NCBI GenBank assembly: GCA_965215195.1
Contig: CBDCDC010000001.1
Location: 640,001-704,000, forward strand
Origin: Candidatus Latescibacterota bacterium
GTDB lineage: Bacteria > Latescibacterota > UBA2968 > UBA8231
Direction: 5' to 3'
Length of the DNA: 64,000 nucleotides
Numbering within the stretch: the stretch's first letter is position 1; the number at the start of each line of letters is the position of its first letter. The notes beneath the pieces are model-generated. The model searched no databases and was not told the origin of the DNA. It saw only the letters and a program-made list of their open reading frames with translations. Below are positions 8,859-18,591 of the stretch, in pieces. The position numbers and the translations under genes were made by a program.

Positions 8859-10673
8859 CTAAGGCAGCTTCATCATCTTCTTGGCTCCCACTTGCCCATC
8901 CACCTCAACCCGATAGAGGTACACGCCGGCGGCCACATTCCTGCCCACCTCGTCGCGGCCATTCCAAGTAAAACGATGGCTCCCCGCCCCCAGTGGACCG
9001 TCCCACACCTGCCGCACCCGACGACCCAACACGTCGTACACCGTCAGCGACACCCCGGCCGCGTCCGTCGCCAAATCGAGGGGAATCACTACAGCCGGAT
9101 TAAACGGATTGGGATAGCTGTCGCCCAGCCGATGCTGCGCTGGTCGTGCTGCCGCCGCCATCACTGCCGTCGGCTGCCCAACCCCCGAATTCTCGAGCAC
9201 ATGTACGCCACCCAAGGCCGGATCCAACACCACCAAGTCCAGATCGCCGTCGTCATCCACATCGCCGGGCAGCACCCCAGTCCCATCGCCAGTCAAGCGA
9301 TGCGTCTCCCCTTCTCGGGTTGGACGCAAGCCCCCACCCCACTCGACAAACACCCCAAAGCCCGACGCCCGGTTGCCGCCGACAAACGCCCAATCATCTA
9401 CCCCATCGGCGTTCAAATCGCGCACCACCACTGGCGAGCGCAGAAATAGCTGCTCGTCGTACAGCACCTGCTCAATCCCTCCTTCGGACAGCCCTCGCAC
9501 AACGAGTCCCATGTCCCCTTCAAAGGGGTTGCGTTGGAGCGCCCCAACCCACTCCCACTGCCCATCGCCATCAAAATCGCCCCCGGGAATCTCCCAAGTG
9601 TGTTCGATCAAGTCCCAGAGGGCTTCGAGGTCTTGCGGACTCATAGTGAGCACCTCGATCTGGAGATCCGGCCCGATAGACCAAACCGCTATTTCGGAGC
9701 CTACCCTTATCACCAGCTCGTCTTGGCCATCGCCATCCATATCGCGGGCGAGTACATACCAAAATCCCGGCAGGTCTCGGGCATACCCGATGCGCGCACT
9801 TGCAAAGGCCCCGCTACCATCGTTGAGGGCCATGACCCAGCCCCAAGCGGGTCTCCAGCCGGAGGGGGGATCACCCGCATAAGGGGCATATCGAGGCGAG
9901 AAAAGATCTAAGTCGCCATCGCCATCTAAGTCGATCAAGACGCCGCTCCCCCCTACGTACCCTAAACCCGGGGCAATCGGATAAAACACCGGTGGCGCAA
10001 AAAGACCGGGATTATTAAAGGGAAAATACTTCACCGGCGGCCGGGCTAATTCACCCTGTGAGCGCTCTTCAGGGCCGGTCAACTCAACCCAGTCGAGCTC
10101 AAAATGCCCGACCAACTCATCCACCGCCCGAGGCTTCTCCGCTTCGTTTAGATCCAATGTAAAATGCAGCCGAATATCCCGTAAAGACCCCTCCCACACG
10201 ATCTCATCTTGGCCGGCGAGGATAAACTCTACTTCCTGCCACTCGGTAGTATAAGCGAGGTCTATGGAGGGGAGCCCAAATCGGCCCAGATGTTCTGGAT
10301 CGAGCCCTGGTGCCGCGAGGTTGTGCTCATTGGTCCAAGCAAGCCTAACGCGCCCGGCCGTAGGGCGATCATGCACGGTGCGGAACCGGACCCGCACCCG
10401 GTCGAACAGATGCGAATCGTAGCCAATGGGATAAGAAATCAAGGCCACATTTGGACCAGGATTCCTCTTCCCCACCACCGAGGGCGAGACATCAACCCTC
10501 CACACGCCGCCTTCAACCTCCCCCGGAAACAAGTAAAATTCACTTGGTCCACCCCATTCAAAAGCTCTTTTGGCGGACCACCCTTGCGCTGTTCCGTCGT
10601 CGAAATCCCACTTGATTGCCTCGGCGAGGCCGGGCCATAGCACTAAGCATCCAACAACGGCGAATTTCAACAC
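8859..10673 (-). CDS. Secreted FG-GAP/VCBS-repeat protein with C-terminal FlgD-Ig (T9SS type A-like) tail
   Basis: Signal peptide; DLDGDGDLDL, DMDGDGQDEL and DVDDDGDLDLVV repeats; tail YPNPFNP..VYDVLGRRVR..WNGRD..AAGVYLY..KKMMKLP; paralog at 45564-47777. Confidence 0.85.
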   Translation of the reverse strand: MLKFAVVGCLVLWPGLAEAIKWDFDDGTAQGWSAKRAFEWGGPSEFYLFPGEVEGGVWRVDVSPSVVGKRNPGPNVALISYPIGYDSHLFDRVRVRFRTVHDRPTAGRVRLAWTNEHNLAAPGLDPEHLGRFGLPSIDLAYTTEWQEVEFILAGQDEIVWEGSLRDIRLHFTLDLNEAEKPRAVDELVGHFELDWVELTGPEERSQGELARPPVKYFPFNNPGLFAPPVFYPIAPGLGYVGGSGVLIDLDGDGDLDLFSPRYAPYAGDPPSGWRPAWGWVMALNDGSGAFASARIGYARDLPGFWYVLARDMDGDGQDELVIRVGSEIAVWSIGPDLQIEVLTMSPQDLEALWDLIEHTWEIPGGDFDGDGQWEWVGALQRNPFEGDMGLVVRGLSEGGIEQVLYDEQLFLRSPVVVRDLNADGVDDWAFVGGNRASGFGVFVEWGGGLRPTREGETHRLTGDGTGVLPGDVDDDGDLDLVVLDPALGGVHVLENSGVGQPTAVMAAAARPAQHRLGDSYPNPFNPAVVIPLDLATDAAGVSLTVYDVLGRRVRQVWDGPLGAGSHRFTWNGRDEVGRNVAAGVYLYRVEVDGQVGAKKMMKLP

Positions 10674-10773
10674 GATGGCACCTCCCTAGAAATTGCCAGA
10701 AAACGGCGTAGCGAAAAGAGGCCAATCGACTACCAAATAATGGCCAGCGACAGGCCGCATCAACAGCTTCTCG

Positions 10774-11670
10774 TCAATCGCTCCCTACCCCGGCCTCCAA
10801 GCTCCAATAGATCGTTTCGATCCAGCGCTGCGTTGGCACGAAAGACCACTCCCACGACGCCCATTGCGGGTTGAGGCCCTCTGCGCTGATCTGGTCGAGG
10901 GACAGGCCCTCTGCGCGGCGCGTGCGCACACTGGCCGTGGTTTCCACCAACATGCGGTGGTAGATCTTCAGCTCGTCAAGCGTGGCGAGCGGGCCGTGGC
11001 CGGGGATGATTTTCGCGTCTGCGGGAAGCTGGTCGATGAGTGTGGCGATGTGTTGCGTCAGGGTCTCGACATCGCCGCCGTACTCTAGATCGACAAAGGG
11101 GAAGAGGCCGTTAAAAAACAGGTCGCCAAGGTGGGCGATCTGGGCGTTGATGAAGAATACGGCGATGTCCCCGTCGGTATGGGCGCGGGGGAAGTGAACG
11201 GCGCGGATTTCCTCGCCGTTGAAGAACACGGACGCCGACTGGGCAAACGCAATTTTTGGCAAGGCAACGGCCGGCGCAGGTTCAATGAACCGCTTGCCAA
11301 ATTCACCGCCCGTCGCTAGGCGTTTGCGGACATTGGCGTGGGCCAAAATCGCGGCGTGCTGGCCAAAGGCGCGGTTGCCGCCGGTGTGGTCGGCGTGGAA
11401 GTGCGTGTTAAAGATGTACTGGGGCTGCTTCGACCTGAGCCCAGCCGCAGGGCCGGCAAAACGGGCTAGCGCGGCGCACACTGCATCGGCTTGCGACGCC
11501 AATTTGGCATCCACCAAAAGAATGCCATCATCGCCGACGCAAACCCCGACATTGCCACCGCCGCCTTGCAGCATGTACACCTTGTCACTGAGCTGGGAAA
11601 GCGACAGCTCGGCGGTCGCTGGCCCAGCAGCCAACAGCGGGGCACAAAGTGCCGCGATTAACAAGCGCAT
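10774..11670 (-). CDS. Secreted MBL-fold metallo-hydrolase (cyclase-like)
   Basis: THFHADHTGGN, AHTDGD, LGDLFF, IPGHG; signal peptide. Confidence 0.9.
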   Translation of the reverse strand: MRLLIAALCAPLLAAGPATAELSLSQLSDKVYMLQGGGGNVGVCVGDDGILLVDAKLASQADAVCAALARFAGPAAGLRSKQPQYIFNTHFHADHTGGNRAFGQHAAILAHANVRKRLATGGEFGKRFIEPAPAVALPKIAFAQSASVFFNGEEIRAVHFPRAHTDGDIAVFFINAQIAHLGDLFFNGLFPFVDLEYGGDVETLTQHIATLIDQLPADAKIIPGHGPLATLDELKIYHRMLVETTASVRTRRAEGLSLDQISAEGLNPQWASWEWSFVPTQRWIETIYWSLEAGVGSD

Positions 11671-11768
11671 GTTCCTTTTTCCTCCGTGATTAGGCTAACG
11701 GTGAAGACCCCGACCAGCACAGAGCCAGCCTTTCAAAAGTGTCAGGGCGGGAATCAGAGGGCCTCTTA

Positions 11769-11931
11769 GCAGCGGTCTGAAAACTCGCGTCGGGCCGTTA
11801 GGTCCTAGGACGGAGGGCGTCTCGCCCTCCACCCTGCGCGGGCAAGCTGCCCTCGCACCCAAGCTATGGGCCGCAGAGGACCGCACGACGGGTTTGGTCG
11901 CGCCTAAAGGCGCGGTGAAGCAGACCGCTTC
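11769..11931. mobile_element. MITE copy 1 (163 bp)
   Basis: TIRs gcagcggtctg / cagaccgcttc flanked by TTA direct repeats (11766-68 and 11932-34); right end shared with the copy at 59962-60129; internal REP-like hairpins. Confidence 0.75.
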
Positions 11932-13584
11932 TTAGTAGCGCACAGGCCGGACGATGCGCAACGTCAGATTCCCTTCTTCGACAATGAAATACCGATTGAC
12001 CGGCAGGTCGGTAAAAATTTCGCAGTGCTGGTCGGGCCAGCGCACTTCGAGCGTATCGACCCGCCCGACGCGCCCCAGCCCGAAGTGGAGGCGGCGGTCC
12101 TCGCTGGAGAGGAAACTGCTGCCGCAGATGAGGTCGCGGATCTGCGTCCGCTTGCCAGCGACGAGTCGCGCTCGGGCACCAATGCCATCGCGGTTGCCGC
12201 GCGTACCAACCAAGCGCAGGCCCAGCCAATTCTGCCGGTTGCCTACATCGTTCCGCAACAGGGAGGGCCGATCGTCGAGATTGGCAACAAAAACATCCAA
12301 GTCGCCGTCGTCGTCAAAGTCGAGCACGTTGGCTCCGCGGCTGACGCGGGGCACCTCGGAGCTGAGCGCGATCCGAGTAAACGTTCCGTCGCCAACATTG
12401 GCAAAAAGATGATTGGGCTGGGCATACGCACTGCCGCTGCCGGCGCGGTCGATCTGCGGGTACACGTGGCCGTTGGCCACCAAAAGATCGAGATCGCCAT
12501 CGTTGTCAAAATCGCCGAAACCCGCGCCAAAGCCCACGTGCGCCCACCCGGTGCGTACCAGGGCCGCTTCCGCGCTGACATCCGCAAAAGTGCCGTCACC
12601 CTCGTTGCGATAGAGGGTATTGTACTCGCCTTCAAAATGCGTGGCGAGCAAATCGGGGCGGCCGTCGCGGTCGTAGTCACCCCAAGCCACGCCCATGCTC
12701 GCTTGGATTTGTCCGCTGCGGCCATAGGCCAAGCGGGCCGGGAGGGAGCGGTCGGTAAAGCGGCCGTCGCCGCGATTGCGATAAAAAAAGTTCGGGCTGG
12801 AGTCGTTGGCCACGAATAAGTCGGGCCAGCCATCGGCGTCCGCGTCCGCAAACAGCACGCCCAAGCCGTAGCCTGGGGAGGGGTGGTTGAGGCGCGCCCA
12901 AGCGGTGACGTCGGCAAACTCGTCCCCGTCGTTGCGATAAAACACGTCCGCAGCCCCCAGCAAGCCCCGCGGTCCGACGAAGACCTCCACCCCCTTCCAC
13001 TGCGCCCCCAAGCGCTCGACCGCAGCGGAATCGAATACCGCATAGCTCGCCACATACAGGTCGAGGTCGCCATCGCGGTCGTAGTCGGCCCACGCCGCGC
13101 CCGTGCTCCAACCGGGCGCAGCCACGCCAGCCGCTGCGGCCACATCGACAAAGCGGTCGCCGTCGTTGCGGTAGAGCAAATTCTCCCGCAATTGGGTCGC
13201 GTATAGGTCTTGATCGCCATCGTTGTCAAAGTCCGCGCTGGTTGCACCCATGCCCCAACCGCGGCCCGCGAGCCCGAGCACCTCGCCCACATCGACAAAG
13301 CCGGCCGGGCCATCGTTGCGGTAGAGCGCGTGGCCGCCGCCTTGGCCGTTGACCCAGTACAGGTCTTGGTCGCCGTCGTTATCAAAATCCAGCGCGGCTG
13401 TGCCGCCGCCTTTGGCCTCGGGGATATAGCCCTTTTCCGCGCTGCCGCTCGCGTGGACGCGGGTCAGGCCGAGTTCGGCGGCCACATCGACAAAGGGCGC
13501 AAGCGGCTCGGCTGCGGCCCAGCACGTCCACAGGATGGTCGCGCAGAGGCCGCTGACTATGTTTGGGGGAAACCTAGTACACAC
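11932..13584 (-). CDS. CRTAC1-family protein (FG-GAP repeats + ASPIC/UnbV domain)
   Basis: Many DFDNDGDxDL repeats; NRDGIGAR..SFLSSEDRRLHFGLG..LEVRWP; likely GTG start at 13584 overlapping the upstream stop. Confidence 0.9.
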   Translation of the reverse strand: MCTRFPPNIVSGLCATILWTCWAAAEPLAPFVDVAAELGLTRVHASGSAEKGYIPEAKGGGTAALDFDNDGDQDLYWVNGQGGGHALYRNDGPAGFVDVGEVLGLAGRGWGMGATSADFDNDGDQDLYATQLRENLLYRNDGDRFVDVAAAAGVAAPGWSTGAAWADYDRDGDLDLYVASYAVFDSAAVERLGAQWKGVEVFVGPRGLLGAADVFYRNDGDEFADVTAWARLNHPSPGYGLGVLFADADADGWPDLFVANDSSPNFFYRNRGDGRFTDRSLPARLAYGRSGQIQASMGVAWGDYDRDGRPDLLATHFEGEYNTLYRNEGDGTFADVSAEAALVRTGWAHVGFGAGFGDFDNDGDLDLLVANGHVYPQIDRAGSGSAYAQPNHLFANVGDGTFTRIALSSEVPRVSRGANVLDFDDDGDLDVFVANLDDRPSLLRNDVGNRQNWLGLRLVGTRGNRDGIGARARLVAGKRTQIRDLICGSSFLSSEDRRLHFGLGRVGRVDTLEVRWPDQHCEIFTDLPVNRYFIVEEGNLTLRIVRPVRY

Positions 13585-16051
13585 TGGCGACGAGTTTGGT
13601 GATCGTAGTTTGCTCGCCTTCGGCATCGACTTCCACGCCAACGCGACACAAATACAGACCCGGCGGCAGCAGCCGACCCTGTCGGTCCCGTCCATCCCAA
13701 GTCAGCCGCTGCACCCCGGCGGCGATCGCAGCCGCCCGCTGCACGCGCTGCACACGCTCGCCGTCTAACCCATAGACCTCCAAAATCAACGCCTTGGCAC
13801 CTTGCACTTGGAACACCGGAAAGACCAATTCCACCACGTCGTTGATCCCGTCCCCATTGGGCGTAAACGGATTCGACGACGCGACCACCTCACCCAAAAC
13901 CGCCTTGGTAAAGGGCGTAAACACGGTCAGGCCGCGGCTCGCATCCACCCGCTGCCACACTGGGTCGGCCCCTCGACCGCGCCCAACCTGCACCTCAAAG
14001 GCATTGCTCACCAAGTAGAGCGCACCGGAAAAGCGCAGCAACACGAGGTCCTGTCCCTGCGCGACCGGCGCGGGCAGCCGCACCCACAGGGAATCCGCAC
14101 CGGTCGGCAGCCTCTTTAGCTGATCGCGTCCGTACTGTTCCGCGCCCACGGCCCCGTCGATCAAGTCCATGTGTCCGCCCGGCGGCAGCTCCACCAGCAC
14201 TTGGTCGAACCCGCTGTTGCCGTCTCGGAACGCGGGCCGCAGAAGCAAGGTAAAGGTCTGGGGCTGCCCGCGCCGCGTCCTACCGGGGGTGATCTCGCCG
14301 AGAATTTGGCTGGCGAGGGGCGCGTCTAGCCCGAGGCGCAGGGAGTGCAGCAGCGCGGCCGCGTCTGGATCGTCCGAGCGCAGGGTAGCTTCGATCATCA
14401 CGTAGCGGTGCGGACTCGGCGAGGTGATGGGCGCACCCGGGAGCGAATAAGGCGGACTCCAAGGACTCCAATCCGGGCCGGGGACGATGGTGATGGTCGA
14501 ATCGCCGCGCTGAAAGCTGAGCAGTTTGCGGTACTTGGCCTCGTTCACTTCTTGGCCCGTGTTCGAAAAGTAGCGAATGTTCTGGTCGAGCTGGTTCCCG
14601 CTGCGGGTGCGGATGCGCACTTGGGTGCCGGGCGGCGCGTTGGCCGTCCACTGCATGGCCGACAGAATGCGGGCCGTGCGCCCCAATTCAATCGGCTCAG
14701 ACGCCAGCGATACCTCGGGGAGAAAGCCGCGGCCGTAGAGCTGTATTTCGCGGATGGCCGGGCGGGCCGACCCCTTGATCAAGGTGTAGTCCATCCTGAA
14801 GTAACGCGCCTTGGTCAGCGGAAATACATTGTCCTGAAAGAGAATGCTGCGCTGCGCAGTCCCTTCTCCACCTTCCAAGCCACGCGCCGTCAATGCAACG
14901 TAACTCAAGCTGCCATCTGGTGCGCGGCGGCCATCGGAGAGCCCGATCGCGTAATTGGGGAACGCTTGGCTATACCGATCGCCAAAGACGATGGCAGCGC
15001 GGTTGACCCAATACCAAGTTCCCAAATCAAAATAGATATTGCGATGCGGATCCTGAAATACAACCGCCGGGTCGTTGAGGCTAAAGCCCACTTCCACGCT
15101 CCAAAAGGAGCCCCACTCGCCATCTACAGTTAGCTTTTCCGCGCCCAAGTTGCCGTAGCCGACAATCTCCCCGCCGCGGTCCAGTGCGCCGAGGCTAATG
15201 TTGTCGCCCATGGTCCACACCTCGACTTGGGTCAGCCGCGGCCTTTCCCGGCGGTAGTATTCGACCGGGCCTTGCCATTCCGCCGCAATGGCCTCGTATG
15301 CCGCTTGATCTACCGGCCGCAAAACGCCGGACGACTCGCGGCGAAAGTAGAGCACATCGCCGCGCTCTTCCTCCGGCAGACGGTTCCAGCGCCCGGCACT
15401 GATTTGCTCGGCTTGGCCCAAGTCGCTGGCCGTCCCCACCACTTGGAGGAACTGAACCAGCCGACCGGTGAGCCCGGGATCCACTTTTCGGGTAGGCTGC
15501 AACTCAAACTCATAGACGCGCTGGGATTTGTTTAACCCCTCGCTGTGGCCGGCTGGCAGGTAGTTGAAGGACTCGCTTTGCAGGAAGGCGGGATCGCCGT
15601 TGGCAGTGAGCACCTTGAACTGGAGGAATGGATCGCCTTGGCCTTCAGCCGCGAACTTCACCACCACCTTCTGCGCCCACACCAGCCGGCCCAAGTCGAT
15701 TTCGACCCACCACTTGTCGAGCGCGTCCGCCAAATCCGGTTCCCAGAAGGTATCCTCCCGGCCATCTAGGATGTTTGCGGCTCCTGCTAGGTCGGTTCCG
15801 GCACGGCGGATGCCGCCCTGTACCCCATCCGCATAGGTGAACGCGCTGGCGTCCAAGGCCGCGTTGACTTGATCGCGGACAAATACAGGCCGGACGCCCT
15901 CGGCGCTGAAGTCCAAGCTGCCCGATGGGAAGCGCCACGCCGACCAGTGCTCCGGGGCGACGCTCAACCCATTGTCGTCGAGTTGATACGCTTGGCACCA
16001 CGCTGGGGACGCTATCAGCAGAGCCGCGCCCACAATCGCAACGCTTTTCAC
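13574..16051 (-). CDS. Long-class secreted protein: two discoidin/F5-8-like domains + FlgD-Ig tail
   Basis: GTG start with gagg RBS; signal peptide; LDGREDTFWEP..WWVEIDLGR; RTRSGN; WSPWS; FTPNGDGIND..WDGRD..PPGLYL; ends ASVY. Confidence 0.75.
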   Translation of the reverse strand: MKSVAIVGAALLIASPAWCQAYQLDDNGLSVAPEHWSAWRFPSGSLDFSAEGVRPVFVRDQVNAALDASAFTYADGVQGGIRRAGTDLAGAANILDGREDTFWEPDLADALDKWWVEIDLGRLVWAQKVVVKFAAEGQGDPFLQFKVLTANGDPAFLQSESFNYLPAGHSEGLNKSQRVYEFELQPTRKVDPGLTGRLVQFLQVVGTASDLGQAEQISAGRWNRLPEEERGDVLYFRRESSGVLRPVDQAAYEAIAAEWQGPVEYYRRERPRLTQVEVWTMGDNISLGALDRGGEIVGYGNLGAEKLTVDGEWGSFWSVEVGFSLNDPAVVFQDPHRNIYFDLGTWYWVNRAAIVFGDRYSQAFPNYAIGLSDGRRAPDGSLSYVALTARGLEGGEGTAQRSILFQDNVFPLTKARYFRMDYTLIKGSARPAIREIQLYGRGFLPEVSLASEPIELGRTARILSAMQWTANAPPGTQVRIRTRSGNQLDQNIRYFSNTGQEVNEAKYRKLLSFQRGDSTITIVPGPDWSPWSPPYSLPGAPITSPSPHRYVMIEATLRSDDPDAAALLHSLRLGLDAPLASQILGEITPGRTRRGQPQTFTLLLRPAFRDGNSGFDQVLVELPPGGHMDLIDGAVGAEQYGRDQLKRLPTGADSLWVRLPAPVAQGQDLVLLRFSGALYLVSNAFEVQVGRGRGADPVWQRVDASRGLTVFTPFTKAVLGEVVASSNPFTPNGDGINDVVELVFPVFQVQGAKALILEVYGLDGERVQRVQRAAAIAAGVQRLTWDGRDRQGRLLPPGLYLCRVGVEVDAEGEQTTITKLVASVY

Positions 16052-16058
16052 GGCAGCC

Positions 16059-17180
16059 TCAGTGCGGATCCCCCACTCGCCAGCGGTGCTTTGCCACCCC
16101 ATCCATGTCCAGTTCGATTCCCAAACCCGGCCCTTCCGGCAACACAATGCAACTGCCCTCCACCCGCAGCGGCTCGGCGATAATCTCGTCCCGCCACGCA
16201 ATGCCGGTTACGAACTCCATGGGGGCTACATTCGGTATGGAGGCCATCAAATGTGCGGCCGCTATGATGCCGACCGGGCCTTTGGTGTTGTGCGGCGATA
16301 TGGGGACGTGAAAGGTGTCGGCAATGGCCGCGATTTTGCGCACCTCAGTAATCCCACCGGCGTACATCAGGTCGGGCTGGGCCACGTCGATGCCGTCTAG
16401 GTCCAACAATTGGCGGTAGTGGCTCTTGGTGTTCAGCCGCTCGCTGCCCATGACCGGAATGGCGATTTCCCGCCGCACCTTGGGATAGGCGTACAGATCT
16501 TCCGGCGGCACTGGATCTTCAAACACATACAGGTCGTACGGCTCTATGGCGCGGGCCAAGCGGATGCACTGGGCCACCGTGAAGCGGCCGTGGCAATCGA
16601 TCAACAGCTTGACATCCGGCCCCACCGCTTCCCGCACTGCGGCAAAGTGCGCGGCCGTCTCGGCCGGATGGCCGTCGTCTGCGTACTGACCAAAGCTGTG
16701 CCCACTCCGCGACCGCGCTCCGCCCTTGAGCGCGGTGTACCCCTCTTCCACTTTTTCCTGCGCCATGTTCGCCGAATCCTCGGGCGTGGCCCCGCCAAAG
16801 TGCGTATAGACCTCGACCCGGTCGCGGAACTTGCCGCCCAACAGCTCGACCACCGGCAGGTTCGCCACCTTGCCCTTGATGTCCCACAGGGCTTGGTCAA
16901 TGCCGCTCATGGCGCTCATCCACACCGGACCTGCCATGCGCCAGATGCCGCTCAGGGAGGAGCGCAGATAGAGCTTGTGCCACAAGTACTCAATGCGCGC
17001 CGGGTCTTCGCCGATCAGCTCCTGTTTGAGATGCTCGACCGCGGCAACTACCACCGGCTCTTTGTTGGAATACGTGGCCTCGCCCAAGCCCACTAGCCCT
17101 TCGTCCGTAAAGACCCGCACAATCGTCCATTTGCGGCCCGGCGAGTCGATCAGAATGGTGTCGATATCGCGTATTTTCAT
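16059..17180 (-). CDS. Mandelate racemase/muconate-lactonizing family acid-sugar dehydratase (DgoD-like)
   Basis: GLVGLGEA, SGIDQALWDIKGK, DCHGRF, EDPV, QPDL..GGITE..KIAAIA, P.GPGLGIE. Confidence 0.9.
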   Translation of the reverse strand: MKIRDIDTILIDSPGRKWTIVRVFTDEGLVGLGEATYSNKEPVVVAAVEHLKQELIGEDPARIEYLWHKLYLRSSLSGIWRMAGPVWMSAMSGIDQALWDIKGKVANLPVVELLGGKFRDRVEVYTHFGGATPEDSANMAQEKVEEGYTALKGGARSRSGHSFGQYADDGHPAETAAHFAAVREAVGPDVKLLIDCHGRFTVAQCIRLARAIEPYDLYVFEDPVPPEDLYAYPKVRREIAIPVMGSERLNTKSHYRQLLDLDGIDVAQPDLMYAGGITEVRKIAAIADTFHVPISPHNTKGPVGIIAAAHLMASIPNVAPMEFVTGIAWRDEIIAEPLRVEGSCIVLPEGPGLGIELDMDGVAKHRWRVGDPH

Positions 17181-17215
17181 CGGTTCCCTATTTTTCTTTT
17201 GAAGGATAGGCCAAC

Positions 17216-17368
17216 ATGGAAACGGATTTACTCAAGGCGTTTCCCGACGAACAAGCTTGTATTGACCATTTTGTCAAGCTGCGGTAGCCCGACGGCATAG
17301 CCTGCCCGGATTGCGAATTAGACAACTCTCTGCGTCGCGGCTGCTCTTACGTTGTGATGTTTTTATGA
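17216..17368 (+). pseudogene. IS1595-family transposase N-terminal zinc-ribbon relic
   Basis: Translates METDLLKAFPDEQACIDHFVKLR*PDGIACPDC; TAG at 17285 stands where the conserved Trp of RWPxG..CPxC is expected; no DDE domain follows. Confidence 0.7.
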
Positions 17369-17374
17369 GTGTTT

Positions 17375-18436
17375 TCAATCAAACAGCGGCGACACTTCTT
17401 GCGCCACAGTGCGAGCTGCTTCTTGGTAAAAATCATCGAGAATGGACTCGTCGTCCGGTATGAAGTCCTCCCTGAAGGTCTTCTGAATGTTGAGTGCCTG
17501 CTCTAGCACCGTTTCGTCCTTGAGTACATCTTTCACTACCAACTGCACTTGGGCGTATAATCCCGCTTGTGGGGCATTAGAGCTATAGAAGCCGACCCTG
17601 TACCAGTTCACAATGTAATCCAAGGTGTAGGGGATGTCTTTGGCCGAGAGATCCATGGTGAAGCGGACGCGGCTGAACCGTTTGAGCTCGTCCAAGAGAG
17701 CCGGTCGAACCGACTCATGCAGTGCAAGGAGCTTTCTCTTAGCCTTCATCTTTTGTCGCGGGAAGATATTAAATATCCTAAAAAAGAGGTCATCATTTGA
17801 AAAGATGTCAGGATTTAGACCTTCGTATGCCTCAACTAGTTGATCAATCTGGTCAGACAAGCCCTCACTGTTGCGCGTCCTCACCAACACCTTAAAGGTT
17901 CCAGTCGGGGCATTTACCACGCCCTCCTCCTCGGACAGCTCTTCCGCCACCGGCAACCCGACGAATGGAACCAGCAGAGCCGCTGTATAATCTAAGGCTT
18001 GGAACTTGAGCAGCTTGCTTTTGCCCGCCGCTTTCGCGATCAGCGGTTCCAGCCCAACGTTCTTTTTTTTCTTTAACAGGTCGCCGGCCATATCGGCTAC
18101 CCGCACCAAGTACGCCTTGGCCTCGCGCTCAGAAAAATGCGCTCCGTGCAGCGCAAAGAGCCGTTCGCCGAGGGCCGTAGATTTCTTACAATGCGTCTTT
18201 AGGTCCCGCAACAATGAGACCAAGGAATCCCGGCTTGCGGCAGCAGACAATCCAGACGCCGCACTGACCTCCGCGACGAACTCGTCCAATGTTCCCTTGT
18301 CGTCCCGCTCCAAGCGGTCGCGCAACTGTTCCAAAGCCACGCGCACAAAATCCGCCTCTTGTGCAGAAGCGGCGACAGCACTCGCCGTCATGCAGAGAAA
18401 GACGCAAGCAGCAATATGACACAACATGTTATTCAT
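17375..18436 (-). CDS. Hypothetical secreted protein (353 aa)
   Basis: Long ORF, signal peptide ending AVAASAQE, ggag RBS, lower GC than flanks. Confidence 0.7.
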   Translation of the reverse strand: MNNMLCHIAACVFLCMTASAVAASAQEADFVRVALEQLRDRLERDDKGTLDEFVAEVSAASGLSAAASRDSLVSLLRDLKTHCKKSTALGERLFALHGAHFSEREAKAYLVRVADMAGDLLKKKKNVGLEPLIAKAAGKSKLLKFQALDYTAALLVPFVGLPVAEELSEEEGVVNAPTGTFKVLVRTRNSEGLSDQIDQLVEAYEGLNPDIFSNDDLFFRIFNIFPRQKMKAKRKLLALHESVRPALLDELKRFSRVRFTMDLSAKDIPYTLDYIVNWYRVGFYSSNAPQAGLYAQVQLVVKDVLKDETVLEQALNIQKTFREDFIPDDESILDDFYQEAARTVAQEVSPLFD

Positions 18437-18591
18437 GGTATGTCTCCTCAGCGATGGCGGTAATCATCTACAGGGTTTGCCGCCGCCTTCGGATTAGTTC
18501 GGCCAAATGGACCGCTTGCGCCGACGGCAGGGCGCGACCAAACGCGGCGATGCCTGCATCAAGGCGGTCGGTTCTGTGAAGGGGGTTCCTA

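Noticed and set aside
10774-11670. Metallo-beta-lactamase resistance gene
   Set aside because: Motifs fit the widespread cyclase-like MBL-fold hydrolases; no mobile resistance context
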